Shown here one piece after another: positions 20,344-31,667 of a stretch of 64,000 nucleotides of DNA. Numbering within the stretch: the stretch's first letter is position 1; each line of letters opens with the position of its first letter. Origin of the DNA: Longimicrobiales bacterium (GTDB lineage: Bacteria; Gemmatimonadota; Gemmatimonadetes; Longimicrobiales; Gaopeijiaceae); contig JAWLHJ010000004.1 of assembly GCA_041690395.1 (NCBI GenBank), positions 305,365-369,364 on the forward strand, read 5' to 3'. The notes beneath the pieces were generated by a model. The model was given only the letters and a program-made list of their open reading frames with translations. It did no database searches and had not been told where the DNA came from. Made by a program: the position numbers and the translations under genes.

Positions 20344-21077
20344 GGCGCCCCCCCGCCGAGCGGTACACGCCACCGGCGTAGCGGACCCGGCCCGGTTCCG
20401 GTGATGGCTCCGGGGACCGCCCCGACCCGCCACACGAGCTCGGCACTCAGCCGTCCGTCCGCCAGGCCCCAGCCACTCTCCCGTTCAAACAGCTCGGGCG
20501 TAAGGGGCTGTCGGCCACCGGCACCGCGCCGGTAGCGGAGCGCCCGCCCGGACAGGGAATACGCTCCCCGCTCGAACACTCGTGCCAGCACGCCCCCTGG
20601 CGGAAACGCTCCGCCGAGCTCGAGGGCAAGGCCTCCCTCCAAGAGCGCGCCCCAACAGGTGGACGGACCCTCGGCGACACCCGTCAGGGCAAGCACGGCC
20701 CTGGCCCCGTCGGCGTAGACGACCTCGATCGAGTCCTTGGTCGGATCCGGGCGCCGGTAGCCGCCGTACGATACGACGAGGCGCTCCGGAGCCTCGTGCT
20801 CGCCGCAGACCAGTCCCGTTCCCCGGTACGCGCGCAGCGCCAGCGAGTCGTCAGCCACGGCCCAGTCGACACCGGCGCGGCCAGCGGCCGTCTCGGCCCG
20901 CAGCAACGCCCCGGTGAGGCGCACCGCTGACAGGGCGTCGGCCCGCTCCATGGCCCGCGCGTGAGCGAGGCGGGTCCGACCGACCGCGGCCATGCCCGCC
21001 TGCATGAGAAGGAGCCCGAGGAGGAGGGCCACCAACGTCTCGACCAGCGTGGCGCCGCCTACCTGCCGCCCGGTCAC
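20340..21077 (-). CDS. PilW-like minor pilin (set 2)
   Basis: GG|ATLVETLVALLLG divergent class III signal; GTGA overlap with the upstream gene. Confidence 0.62.
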   Translation of the reverse strand: MTGRQVGGATLVETLVALLLGLLLMQAGMAAVGRTRLAHARAMERADALSAVRLTGALLRAETAAGRAGVDWAVADDSLALRAYRGTGLVCGEHEAPERLVVSYGGYRRPDPTKDSIEVVYADGARAVLALTGVAEGPSTCWGALLEGGLALELGGAFPPGGVLARVFERGAYSLSGRALRYRRGAGGRQPLTPELFERESGWGLADGRLSAELVWRVGAVPGAITGTGPGPLRRWRVPLGGGAP

Positions 21078-21388
21078 GGGCGCGCCGCCTCGAGCCGGAC
21101 GAGGGTATCGCCGTGCGCGTCGGTGGCGACCACGACCGCCCGGCCTGGATCCAAAGCGGCCTCCCACCGCACGACTCCGCCCGGGAAGGAGTCCACGCCC
21201 GGACCCATGAAGCCGTGCGCTTCCAACGAATCGGCCGCCATGGCCGTCGCCGCGGCGGCCCGGGTCGTCAGCTCGGCCTCAGTCAGCGTGCGGGCGGCGA
21301 GCAACAGGGTGCCCACCACGCCCAGTACGCCGATCTCGAGGAGAACCAGCGCGACGACCACCTCGATCAGCGTGAAGCCCCGGCTCAT
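21074..21388 (-). CDS. PilV-like minor pilin (set 2)
   Basis: MSRG|FTLIEVVVALVLLEIGVLG. Confidence 0.75.
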   Translation of the reverse strand: MSRGFTLIEVVVALVLLEIGVLGVVGTLLLAARTLTEAELTTRAAAATAMAADSLEAHGFMGPGVDSFPGGVVRWEAALDPGRAVVVATDAHGDTLVRLEAARP

Positions 21389-21807
21389 TCACGCCTCACA
21401 CGTCCGAACGACGAGATGATCAGGCGTGTCCGGGACGATCCGGCCACCAACTCGATCGTCTCGTTCGCGAACACGCCGATGCCGAGCCCGTTGAACGGGA
21501 TCTCGGTGCGGTCGCGTCCGGCTCCCAAGGTCAGCCGGACCCCACCGTCACCGGGCACCGTCGAGCGAAACGTCGTCGAATCGCCCACGGCGATCCGGAT
21601 CTCGCCGTCCGCACTCAGGTGGAGGCTCGCCGCGCCCGCGCGCACGGCCTCGGTCCGCGTCCGGTGCAGCGCCGCCACGATCTCCTCGCGCGCGGTGAGC
21701 ACCTCCATGCGATCACCGAACCGGCTCGCGGCCGGCACGACCGCCGTCGACGCGGTGGCGAGCAGCGCGAGCGTCGCCGTCATCTCCAGGAGTGTGTACC
21801 CGTTCAT
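21385..21807 (-). CDS. FimT/GspH-like minor pilin (set 2)
   Basis: MNG|YTLLEM, TRTEAV, F.GLG, C-terminal IISSFGRVR. Confidence 0.72.
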   Translation of the reverse strand: MNGYTLLEMTATLALLATASTAVVPAASRFGDRMEVLTAREEIVAALHRTRTEAVRAGAASLHLSADGEIRIAVGDSTTFRSTVPGDGGVRLTLGAGRDRTEIPFNGLGIGVFANETIELVAGSSRTRLIISSFGRVRRE

Positions 21808-21861
21808 GCCCTCGACGATGGTCCCGGGACCGGGACGAGGGCATGGCGCTACGGGCCGTGC

Positions 21862-23216
<1,355 letters not shown>

Positions 23217-23220
<4 letters not shown>

Positions 23221-24329
23221 GTCGCCTCCGGGCGGGCGTCCGGGCCAGGGGTCTTTGCGGCTGGAAGCCTAATAGTAAAGCGTGCGCCCGCTTCTGGCGC
23301 GTTCGCCGCTTCGATGCGCCCTCCCATCCCCTCGACCAACCGTGCGCAGATCGAGAGTCCGAGCCCGGTCCCGCGGCCGGGCTCCTTGGTGCTGAAGAAC
23401 GGATCGAAGATCTGTTCGAGGTCGTCCTCGGGAATGCCCGGACCCGTGTCGGTAACGTCGATGATCGCCACCCGCTCGGCCAGGAACACGGGGTCGACGC
23501 CGCGTCCACCGTCGTCCCGCGAGATCCGGCGCCGATGCATGTAGTTCACGCCCGGCGGGTCGTCCTCGCGACGTGTCGGGAGATCCGCGACTTCGCCACG
23601 CGCGGCATAAGCCCTGACCCGGATGATCCTCCGAGGAGACGATTCCATCGCGTCGAGCGCGTTCAGGAGGAGGTTGACGAGTACCTGCTCCATCCGGTGC
23701 GCGTTCATGAGCACGTCCGGGGTGTCCGGTGCGACGTACCAGTGGGTCTCGACGTCGGAGAGCTTTCCCTGATGGTCGAGCAGCCGCCGGACCCGGGCGA
23801 CAACCGCACCGATCGCCTCGGGGGCCAGCCCCTCCTCTCTGGGTCGCGCATAGTTGAGGAGGCTCTTCACGATCCGGTCGATGCGCTCGGCCTCTTCCCG
23901 AATCGAGTCGAGGATCTCCGGCTCCGCCTCGCCCTTCCGGGCTCGAGCCCTGGCCACGTCGACGTAGCCCATGATGGCCCCGAGCGGGTTGCCCACCTCG
24001 TGGGCGATGCCGGCGGCGAGGGTCCCGACCGACGCGAGCCGCGCGGCACGCACGATCTCGGCACGGGCTTCGACCAGCTCCCGGTTGGTCCGGTCCAGTG
24101 AGGCGACGTTGCGCTCGAGGAGCTCGCGGTCCGGCGCCATCCAGCGACGGGCCAGCCAGGTCAGGCCGAGGGCACCGCAGACCACGCCCACGACAGCGAG
24201 CAGGATGGCCGGTATCGAAGCGCCCGGCCGGGCGAGGTGGAATCCGAGCGCGAGGAGGAGGAGAGAGATCGCGGCGGAGGCCGCGACGAACGCCCGGGAT
24301 GCCGGCGGACCGGCGGGGGTGGTGATCAG
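23217..24329 (-). CDS. Sensor histidine kinase with two TM helices and almost no extracytoplasmic domain
   Basis: H-box LAAGIAHEVGNPL, QVLVNLLLNA.DA, DTGPGI, IFDPFFSTK, GTGLGL; the frame stays open upstream of the track start (24191) to a CTG at 24329. Confidence 0.88.
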
Positions 24330-24712
24330 TAGTTGCAGGTGATCATGCTCTCCACGGTCGCCGGGCTGACCTGCGTGGCGTTTCCGTGATAGAGCGCGCA
24401 GGTGACGGACGGGAGGCCTGTGTGGACCGCGGACGCGGACCAGCCCTGCCCCGTCGCTTCACCGATGGTGACCGTGACGCCGTCCGAGCGGGTGAACCCC
24501 AGCGCATCCTGATCGGTCGAGTAGGTGAAGTTCGCGTTGTGATAGACTTCCTGCAGGCTGGCCAGGTTCCGGAGATCGGCGGTCATCGCGGATACGAAAG
24601 CCCGCTCACGTGTCGCCGAGAACTTGGGAATCGCGATCGAGGCCAGGATCCCGATGATGACGACGACGATCAGGAGCTCGATCAGGGTGAAGCCTTCGCG
24701 CTTGGTGGACAT
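24326..24712 (-). CDS. Type IVa major-type pilin, copy 2
   Basis: REG|FTLIELLIVVVIIGILASIAIPKF; C-terminal Cys pair. Confidence 0.92.
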   Translation of the reverse strand: MSTKREGFTLIELLIVVVIIGILASIAIPKFSATRERAFVSAMTADLRNLASLQEVYHNANFTYSTDQDALGFTRSDGVTVTIGEATGQGWSASAVHTGLPSVTCALYHGNATQVSPATVESMITCNY

Positions 24713-24770
24713 GAGGTCACCTCGAGTGAGCGAGTCTTCCGGATCGGTTCGAGAGAAGGTTGAGGAGGGG

Positions 24771-24815
24771 GCGGGTGGCCGGCCCGGGCCCGGAGGCCCG
24801 GACCGGCCCTTCCGC
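24771..24815 (-). terminator. Long GC hairpin between the two pilin genes
   Basis: GGCCGG.CCGGGCC-CGGA-GGCCCGG.CCGGCC stem; no U-tract, so possibly an mRNA-stabilising or attenuating structure. Confidence 0.5.
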
Positions 24816-24864
24816 TTCAGTCACACCCGCACCGTAATGCGGGGCCCTGCTACATCATGGTTCG

Positions 24865-25266
24865 TTACGGCGTGCAAGCGAGCTCGCCGGACTGCGCCGG
24901 CGACCCGAGCAGGGTCGGCGCAGAGGCAAAGTCGCCGTAGAAGATGCCGCAGCCCTCGGTGGTCGTAAGCGCGTCGTGGGTCGCCTGAGCCTGCCAACCG
25001 GTATTCGACGGCGCGGCGGGGAAGGTGACGTTCACGCCCTCGGACGAAACGAAGCCGAGGTTGGTGGTGTTGCTGGTGTAGGTATAGTGGTCCGAGTAGT
25101 AGATCTCCTGCTGGCTAGCCAGGTTCTTCAGGTCGGACTTCATCGCGGCGAAGTAAGCCCGCTCACGCGTGGCGGAGAACTTCGGAATGGCGATGGCCGC
25201 CAGGATGCCGATGATCACGACCACGATCAACAGCTCGATGAGGGTGAAACCCTTGTTGTCCCGCAT
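24865..25266 (-). CDS. pilA: Type IVa major pilin
   Basis: MRDNKG|FTLIELLIVVVIIGILAAIAIPKF; GGAG RBS; sigma54 promoter upstream; C-terminal Cys pair. Confidence 0.9.
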   Translation of the reverse strand: MRDNKGFTLIELLIVVVIIGILAAIAIPKFSATRERAYFAAMKSDLKNLASQQEIYYSDHYTYTSNTTNLGFVSSEGVNVTFPAAPSNTGWQAQATHDALTTTEGCGIFYGDFASAPTLLGSPAQSGELACTP

Positions 25267-25316
25267 TGGAATGCTCCAGGTGTGAAGTGAAACCGGGTTG
25301 TGCGACCAAGATATGG

Positions 25317-25331
25317 GCAAGCTCTGTTCCA
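25317..25331 (-). promoter_or_regulatory. sigma54 -24/-12 promoter of the pilin genes
   Basis: Minus strand TGGAAC-AGAGC-TTGC (GG-N10-GC), about 50 nt upstream of pilA; AT-rich tract upstream at about 25350-25374. Confidence 0.75.
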
Positions 25332-25474
25332 CCTGTGCCACGCACGACATAAGCTACTGCAATAAAACGTGTTAAGGCGCTCTCGACAGCCCAGCCCCAT
25401 GACGTCTGCCAGCGCTCTATCTGGGATTCTGCAAGGCGCCATGCCTTGTGCGATACTGTGCAGTACCGAGACGC

Positions 25475-27403
25475 TCAGTCGCCGTCAGGCGGCTTCGGCC
25501 GGCTCGGCTCGGCTCCAAAGTCGTAGACGAGGAGCGAATCGAGGCTTGTTCGTCCTGATGCGGTCGAGACGGTCGCCCGGGCCGAATCGAGTGCAGCCTG
25601 CATCGCCGCATCGTCACCGGCCCGCCGCGCGACCCAGGCGTCGTAGATCCAACGCTGCCAGAACTGAGCGACGGCGCTACGCTCGTCCGCCCGAGCACGC
25701 ACCTCGGCGGCCTCTTCCCAAGCCCCCCGGGCAGCGAGTGCCCACGCGAGCACGTGTAGCCGTGCGGCGTCTGTGCCCGATCCCTGAACGGCGAGTGCCA
25801 CCCGTGCGTAGCGCTCGGCCTCGCGAGGGTTCCCGAGCTCCGCGTGGATCCCTGCCCGAATCCCGTATGCAAGCGGATGATCGGGCCGTTCGCGGGTGGC
25901 GATCGCGAGAAGTCGGTCCGCGCTCTCCGGTCGTTCGAGATTCACCAGGGTCTGTGCCACGTGGACCAGCAGGCCGTAGTGTGTTCCTACGAGGTTGATC
26001 GCCGCCCGATAGGCGAACAGCCCCTGGCTGATCTGCCCCTGTCGGATGAAGTGGTCACCCAGGGACCATTGGGCCCTTCCCGAATACGGATGGTCCCGCA
26101 TCAACACCGCGAAGACCGTGTTATGGGTCCGCCAGTCGGGATTCCGCGTCCAGGTGCGGACGGACCCGGCGAGGAGCACCACCAGAAGCACGGCGGGAGC
26201 CATCCTGGGCCGATCTCGCGCCATCCGAACGAAGAGCCACCCCACGGCGGCCGCGAGCCCGGCCGATGGGAGGTAGAGCGTTCGCTCCGCCAAGATCACG
26301 CCAGTGAGAAAGAGAGTGTTCGAGATCGGCGAGATAGCGATCAGGAACCAGACGATCCCGAACGCCGCCACTCTGGCGGAGCGTGACCCAGGTCCGAGAT
26401 CGGCGCGCCGCCAGGCGAACCATGTGCCAAGGAGGACCACGAGTCCGAGCACCACGCCCGTCACGTTGGTCGCGTTCCAACCGAGGGAGACCGGGATGAC
26501 GTTGGGCGTGTAGTCGGACGAGAGGTCCAGCGGGAAGACCCAAAGCCGCACATAGTGAGTCCAGACCTCCCCGAGTGTCCAAATCTTGGGCACTTCGTAG
26601 AGAAGATCGAAACCGGCCGGCCCGATCGGCGCGCCAGCCCCCTGAAGGACCGTGGCCCGCGCCGTCAGCATGCTCACCGCAACGACGAGCATCACGAAAT
26701 AGACGCGCCAGCGCCGGGCGACGTAGGCCTGAAGCTCTCGGAATCCGATGCGCTCCTGGGCCGCGTCGACCAAGAACACGAGTCCGGCGAGCGTCACCGC
26801 CCCCTCCTTCGCGCCGAAGCCGACCGCGTACAGAACCCCGACGGCCAGCGCGCGTCGCCATCCTGTGCGAGGTCCGCTCCCGAGGTGGATGGCGAGGGCA
26901 GCGAGCACAGCGAGGGCCGCCGTGATCTCGGCCTGACCGACCACGTTGGCTACCGCCTCCGTGTGCACCGGGTGAACGGCGAAGACCAACCCCGCCACGA
27001 ACGCGATGCCGAGCGTCATGAGGCGAGCGAGAACCAGGACCAGGAGGCCCGAGACGGCCGCGTGAAGTGCGACGTTGACGAGATGGAACGGAAGTGGCGA
27101 TCCACCGCCGATCAAATACTGCAGTCCGAACAGTCCTGTCGTTACCGGCCGCCAGAGCGCGAGCTCTGGGCCCGCGGGGCCCGGCCAGTAGGGGGCCAGC
27201 AAGGCACCTGGAAGCCGGTCCCAGCTCTGGATGGTCGGGTTCCTCTCGATGATCGAAACGTCATCGTATGCGAAGCCGTTGAGCAGCGAGTTCGCAAAGA
27301 CGACTACCGCGACTCCGACGACAATCAGAACAGCTCGCCGAAGGGTTAGGGCGCGCAGCCAACCGGCAAACGCCCGCTCCGTCATCCGCATCGAGTCCCT
27401 CAC
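25475..27403 (-). CDS. TMTC/DUF1736-like GT-C membrane glycosyltransferase with C-terminal TPRs
   Basis: F.YDD...I..NP, WRP.T, FHLVN..LH, FAVHPVHTEAVANVVG.AE, KE, AER.LYLPS, RN.DW, TPR-like helices. Confidence 0.82.
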   Translation of the reverse strand: MRDSMRMTERAFAGWLRALTLRRAVLIVVGVAVVVFANSLLNGFAYDDVSIIERNPTIQSWDRLPGALLAPYWPGPAGPELALWRPVTTGLFGLQYLIGGGSPLPFHLVNVALHAAVSGLLVLVLARLMTLGIAFVAGLVFAVHPVHTEAVANVVGQAEITAALAVLAALAIHLGSGPRTGWRRALAVGVLYAVGFGAKEGAVTLAGLVFLVDAAQERIGFRELQAYVARRWRVYFVMLVVAVSMLTARATVLQGAGAPIGPAGFDLLYEVPKIWTLGEVWTHYVRLWVFPLDLSSDYTPNVIPVSLGWNATNVTGVVLGLVVLLGTWFAWRRADLGPGSRSARVAAFGIVWFLIAISPISNTLFLTGVILAERTLYLPSAGLAAAVGWLFVRMARDRPRMAPAVLLVVLLAGSVRTWTRNPDWRTHNTVFAVLMRDHPYSGRAQWSLGDHFIRQGQISQGLFAYRAAINLVGTHYGLLVHVAQTLVNLERPESADRLLAIATRERPDHPLAYGIRAGIHAELGNPREAERYARVALAVQGSGTDAARLHVLAWALAARGAWEEAAEVRARADERSAVAQFWQRWIYDAWVARRAGDDAAMQAALDSARATVSTASGRTSLDSLLVYDFGAEPSRPKPPDGD

Positions 27404-29538
27404 GGGGCCACCAAGCCAGCCAAAGCAGCGTCTGAGCCGATATCCGGACTCCAGATCAATCGCTCCCCCTCGAGGTACGGCATCGCGCGGGGAGCGCCGT
27501 CGGGCGTCGTCGAGGCCAGAAGGTACGGCGTCCGCTCTGGGAAGGCCTCCATTACCGCCCGATTGCGGCGGGGGCCAAGATCACGCACATACATCGCCCG
27601 GTCGCCGGTCTCCAAGCCCGGCAACTCCCCCTTGAGTAGCAGGGGAGCCAACGAGACCATCCCGAACCGGTCCGCCTGGAGATGCCGCGCGCATTCGGGG
27701 GTCAGTCGCTCCCCTGGGACCATCCGGACGTTGAGTGCCATGCTGGGAACCGGTCTCTGGCGAACGCCGGGCGCCGTGCCGGGCTCCTGACGGAGATCGA
27801 TCACCGGCAGTTCAGCCACCCCATAATCACTCCGGGCGGCTGCGGCTCGCGCCTCCGCGTACTCGTGCACCCGGCAAGTCGAGTTCCGGCGCAGCACCGA
27901 GACGATGGTGTCCGATCGCATACCGCCCTCTCCCTGGAGGACTGCACTCATACGCTCGTACCAGCCGGCGTGGACGAAAACCAGGGCCCCGTCCGCCCCC
28001 ATCTCCTCGATCGTGGGCGGCGTGATTCGGCCCAAGGTCTCCTCGGTCCACCTATGACTCTCCACCAACCGGGGAACGCCCCACGTCACGGCGACGACCA
28101 GCGCCAAAGCGGCCGACCAGACAGCGGTGTCCGGCCCTCGCCACGAAACGCTCGCGAACCGCGAGGCCGTTTCCTGCTGAGGGGGGCGGCGTGTGAGGTG
28201 AACGGTCCCGAGGACTCCCAGAGCAAGCCAGGCCGGCGCGCCTTCGTAGATCATACGGGTCGTGTGGAACCAGTATCCGGCGTTAGCGATCAGGGGCAAC
28301 GTGGCCCACATGACAAGGAAACCGGCTCCGCGGGGCAATGTCCGCGCGGAGAGGAGGTACAGCCCGACGACCGCGGTAAGGGGAACCGGCGTCTCGAGGA
28401 AGCGGATGCCGATCTCGAGGAAGTCGGTGGAGGTGAAGCCCAACGCCTCGGCAGGGCCATAGGGGGCGCCCCATGGGTCCATGTGGAAGCCGAGCCCGTG
28501 TCGATCACCGTATGCCGCTGAATAGCCCAACGTCAACGGATCGCCGAACAGCCGCTGGTTGTACCATCCGAGGAAGAGGGCGAAGGGCATCCCCCCCATG
28601 GCCGTGGCGAAGCATCGGCGCGCCAGACCATGAACACCGAACTCGGGCCGAGCCGGGATCCAGATGCCGAGCGTGAAGAGGGTGCCCAGAGCCACTCCTT
28701 GCAGAGGGCGGGACATGACGGCGAGTCCGATCGCCACGCCGGCGAGCACGGCCCAGGAGGCGGATCCGTCGCGGGCCCTCAGGGAACTATAGAGCGCCAG
28801 AGTCAGAAAGAGGCCCGCCGTGAGATGGCTGAGCGCTCCGCCCCCCAGAAGGACGACGAAGGGGCTGATCGCAAACAGAAGCGCAGCCAATCGAGCCTCG
28901 GTATCTCGCTCGGGGAGGAGCCGCGGCAACGACAGCACCAGCAGGAACGCCGTAGCGGCCACGCAGAACGGGCCCAGCAGGCCCGGCACGCCCAGGCGGA
29001 CGAGCAGGGCCATCACCACAAGATGAGATGGTGGGTATTGGGAGACCCAGCCCTCCTCCACCATGAGCGTGTTGGGGAACAACCAGGCAGCCGGCGTGGC
29101 TGGAAGCGGTCCCGCCAGCCGGCCTGCGGCCAGATACCGGGCATGCACCATCGACGCGATTTCGTCGACGTTGGTGTAGTGCCCCTCGTATAGGATCGTC
29201 CACGCCAGGAACGCGAGGCCACCCGCCAAACCGGCCGCCAGGAGACCCAGGGCCGGCCGTGACGGTGCCCGGGCGGCCTTCGCAAGGCTTTCCACCCACC
29301 CACGGATCCGATCCGCGGGCAGGAACCACGCGAGAACGGCACCGGCGAGGACGATCGTGATCGTGCCCCAGAGCGCCAGATCGAGGTTGAGCTCGCCGAA
29401 TAGAAAGCTGGCCTCCCGGAACGAGCTTCCCCCTGCCGAGCCTCCCAGGATCCGATAGATCGGAAGGAACGCCAGGGCCAGGAACACAGCTCCCAACCCC
29501 CGTCGCACCACCGTCGTCGCGCGGGCCAGCCCGCTCAT
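27400..29538 (-). CDS. GT-C (ArnT/PMT-like) polytopic glycosyltransferase
   Basis: DE motif after TM (NVDE...MVHARYLAAG), SQYPP, LLFAISP, RP, YN..LFGDPL..GY; large C-terminal soluble domain; ATGA overlap. Confidence 0.68.
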   Translation of the reverse strand: MSGLARATTVVRRGLGAVFLALAFLPIYRILGGSAGGSSFREASFLFGELNLDLALWGTITIVLAGAVLAWFLPADRIRGWVESLAKAARAPSRPALGLLAAGLAGGLAFLAWTILYEGHYTNVDEIASMVHARYLAAGRLAGPLPATPAAWLFPNTLMVEEGWVSQYPPSHLVVMALLVRLGVPGLLGPFCVAATAFLLVLSLPRLLPERDTEARLAALLFAISPFVVLLGGGALSHLTAGLFLTLALYSSLRARDGSASWAVLAGVAIGLAVMSRPLQGVALGTLFTLGIWIPARPEFGVHGLARRCFATAMGGMPFALFLGWYNQRLFGDPLTLGYSAAYGDRHGLGFHMDPWGAPYGPAEALGFTSTDFLEIGIRFLETPVPLTAVVGLYLLSARTLPRGAGFLVMWATLPLIANAGYWFHTTRMIYEGAPAWLALGVLGTVHLTRRPPQQETASRFASVSWRGPDTAVWSAALALVVAVTWGVPRLVESHRWTEETLGRITPPTIEEMGADGALVFVHAGWYERMSAVLQGEGGMRSDTIVSVLRRNSTCRVHEYAEARAAAARSDYGVAELPVIDLRQEPGTAPGVRQRPVPSMALNVRMVPGERLTPECARHLQADRFGMVSLAPLLLKGELPGLETGDRAMYVRDLGPRRNRAVMEAFPERTPYLLASTTPDGAPRAMPYLEGERLIWSPDIGSDAALAGLVAP

Positions 29539-31667
29539 ACGGTGGCGCCTCGCGACTCCATCGTCCCACTCCGGCGCGCGAGCCAGAACACGACCAGATA
29601 GGCTGCCACCGCTCCGAGGCTCAGCATCCGCAGGCCCACGGCCATCGACGTGAACTCCAGAAGGCCGCCGGCCACGGCGCCCAGGAGGTTCCACCCGAAG
29701 GCCACCCCGACAGACTCCCGCGTCCGAAAGCGGAGGGCGAAGCATGCCGCCGCGAAGAAGATGGGCGTGCCCACCAGAAGCACGGAAAGAGCCAAGCGGA
29801 GCGGGACCGGGTGGCCTACGAGAGCGCCCGTCGGTACGACGAACGTCACCAGGAGCGACGCCACGAGGCCCACGGCGGCGGTCCGGAAGCCCATCGGCTT
29901 GAGCTCCATCAAAACGGTCCCCACCAGAATCATGGCAAGGATGGAGCCGAACACCACCGCGCTGGTGACCCATGTCGCGCCCCACACCAGGCTCATGGCC
30001 GTGATGAACTTGGTCTCGATGACGAGGAACGCGACGCCGAAGAGGAACATCTCCCAGTCGGCGCCTCCACTGCGCCCGAAGGCACGACGCATGTCCGGTG
30101 ACGCGAAGAGCACGGCCAGGACCGAGAGGGCCATGAAGACCGCCATGAGGGACAGGTAGAAACCACTCACCCCGGGCCCCGGAAGATAGAGGTAGGGCCA
30201 GTCGTCGGTGGGCATGCGCCCCACACCGACGGCACGTGCATCCTCCCCGGACACTCGGGTGAGGATCGGCCCGGCGTCCGAAACGTCTTCGAACGCCGGC
30301 CCCGTCATGTAGACGTAGTTGAACATCATCCAGTCGTCCGCCGCGACGAGAGGAGGCTCCCCGAAAGCAGACTCCAGAACAGCGGTGAGGTGCCGGTGGA
30401 TGTGTTCTTCCCCACCCACCATGAAGTACATGACGAGGCCCCCATCGGGGGCGAGGCGGCTCCGAGCCGCGTCTATTGCCTCCCTGGTGTACACGAAGTT
30501 GTCCAGCCGTACGTTCGAGAGCGCGGACAGTCGTGTCATGGAATCCAGCGTCCCGAACACCACCAGGTCGTACAACTCATCCGTGTCGTTCAAGTGTGAC
30601 CGGGCGTCCGTGTTGAGCACCGTCACCCGCGGAGAGCTGTATGGGTCGTCGGGATGGAGCTCGCGTCCGATACGTTGGATGATCGGGTCGATCTCGACCG
30701 CGTGAATCTCCGCCGCTCCCTCGTCGAGTAGGGTTGCAACGTCGTTGCCCGTCCCGGCACCCAGTACGAGAACTTTCCCGAGAGGTCGGTCCAGGAGTCG
30801 GTACGGGAGGTGGTATCCGTCACGTGTTTTCTGAAGCGGGTCGTTCCGCGGTCGCCCCAGTGAGTCCGCAGCCGCCACACCGAAGGCGAGCTGATGAAAC
30901 GATCCGTTCGTGTATACCCCGATGCCCTCCCCATCCCCATGCCATTGGCGCACGGAGAGCGAATAGTACGGACTGTAGATCTGGCCGCGCTCCGACCCGC
31001 TGACCAGAACCAGCAGCAAGACCATGAAGCCGGCGTACGCCAGCCCTGTTCGTCGTCCCCGTACGAAGAGGACGGCCGCGACCGCACCGAACAGAGCGAA
31101 CCAAACGGCAGGGAAGGTCCTTGTGAAGGAGGCTACGGCGAAGCCGATCACGCCGAGGAGTGAACCAACCAGATCGATGGAGTAGCCCCACAGTGCGCTG
31201 GACTGAGCGCGAAAGACGTCGAGACGTTGCGCGATCAGCTGTCCCAGTGGCACGAAAGAGACGGCGCTCAGGACGAAGAGCACGACGAGCGGCAGGCGCA
31301 CTCCGTCCACCACAGGGGCTCCTGGCCCGAGGTCGAAGTAAAGAAGCCACAGATGCTCACCCACCCCATTGTCGGTGAAGGCGATCCCGCTCATCAGCAC
31401 AGCGGCCGACACGACCGCGATGAGAGCCGGCGGCCATACCCACAGGAGAGAGCGACCGTGGGAGCGCAGCGCCCCGACGCCCAGGCCCAGGAACGCGCTG
31501 ATGAGGATCAAGTTCGGGAAGTATGCGACTACCCGAACCTGTACCGGGAGCCATCTGATGAGGGCCAATTCCTGGAACAGGACGACGAACGATGCAGCGA
31601 GAAGCTGGAGGCCCGCGAGACGAAGGGACACTCCCCCGCTCGGCCCCGTCTGGGTCTCCTGGCTCAC
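29535..31667 (-). CDS. Polytopic membrane protein with central spermidine-synthase-fold SAM domain (7 TM - domain - 6/7 TM)
   Basis: [75 protein letters not shown] start overlaps the GT2 stop. Confidence 0.82.
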   Translation of the reverse strand: MSQETQTGPSGGVSLRLAGLQLLAASFVVLFQELALIRWLPVQVRVVAYFPNLILISAFLGLGVGALRSHGRSLLWVWPPALIAVVSAAVLMSGIAFTDNGVGEHLWLLYFDLGPGAPVVDGVRLPLVVLFVLSAVSFVPLGQLIAQRLDVFRAQSSALWGYSIDLVGSLLGVIGFAVASFTRTFPAVWFALFGAVAAVLFVRGRRTGLAYAGFMVLLLVLVSGSERGQIYSPYYSLSVRQWHGDGEGIGVYTNGSFHQLAFGVAAADSLGRPRNDPLQKTRDGYHLPYRLLDRPLGKVLVLGAGTGNDVATLLDEGAAEIHAVEIDPIIQRIGRELHPDDPYSSPRVTVLNTDARSHLNDTDELYDLVVFGTLDSMTRLSALSNVRLDNFVYTREAIDAARSRLAPDGGLVMYFMVGGEEHIHRHLTAVLESAFGEPPLVAADDWMMFNYVYMTGPAFEDVSDAGPILTRVSGEDARAVGVGRMPTDDWPYLYLPGPGVSGFYLSLMAVFMALSVLAVLFASPDMRRAFGRSGGADWEMFLFGVAFLVIETKFITAMSLVWGATWVTSAVVFGSILAMILVGTVLMELKPMGFRTAAVGLVASLLVTFVVPTGALVGHPVPLRLALSVLLVGTPIFFAAACFALRFRTRESVGVAFGWNLLGAVAGGLLEFTSMAVGLRMLSLGAVAAYLVVFWLARRSGTMESRGATV

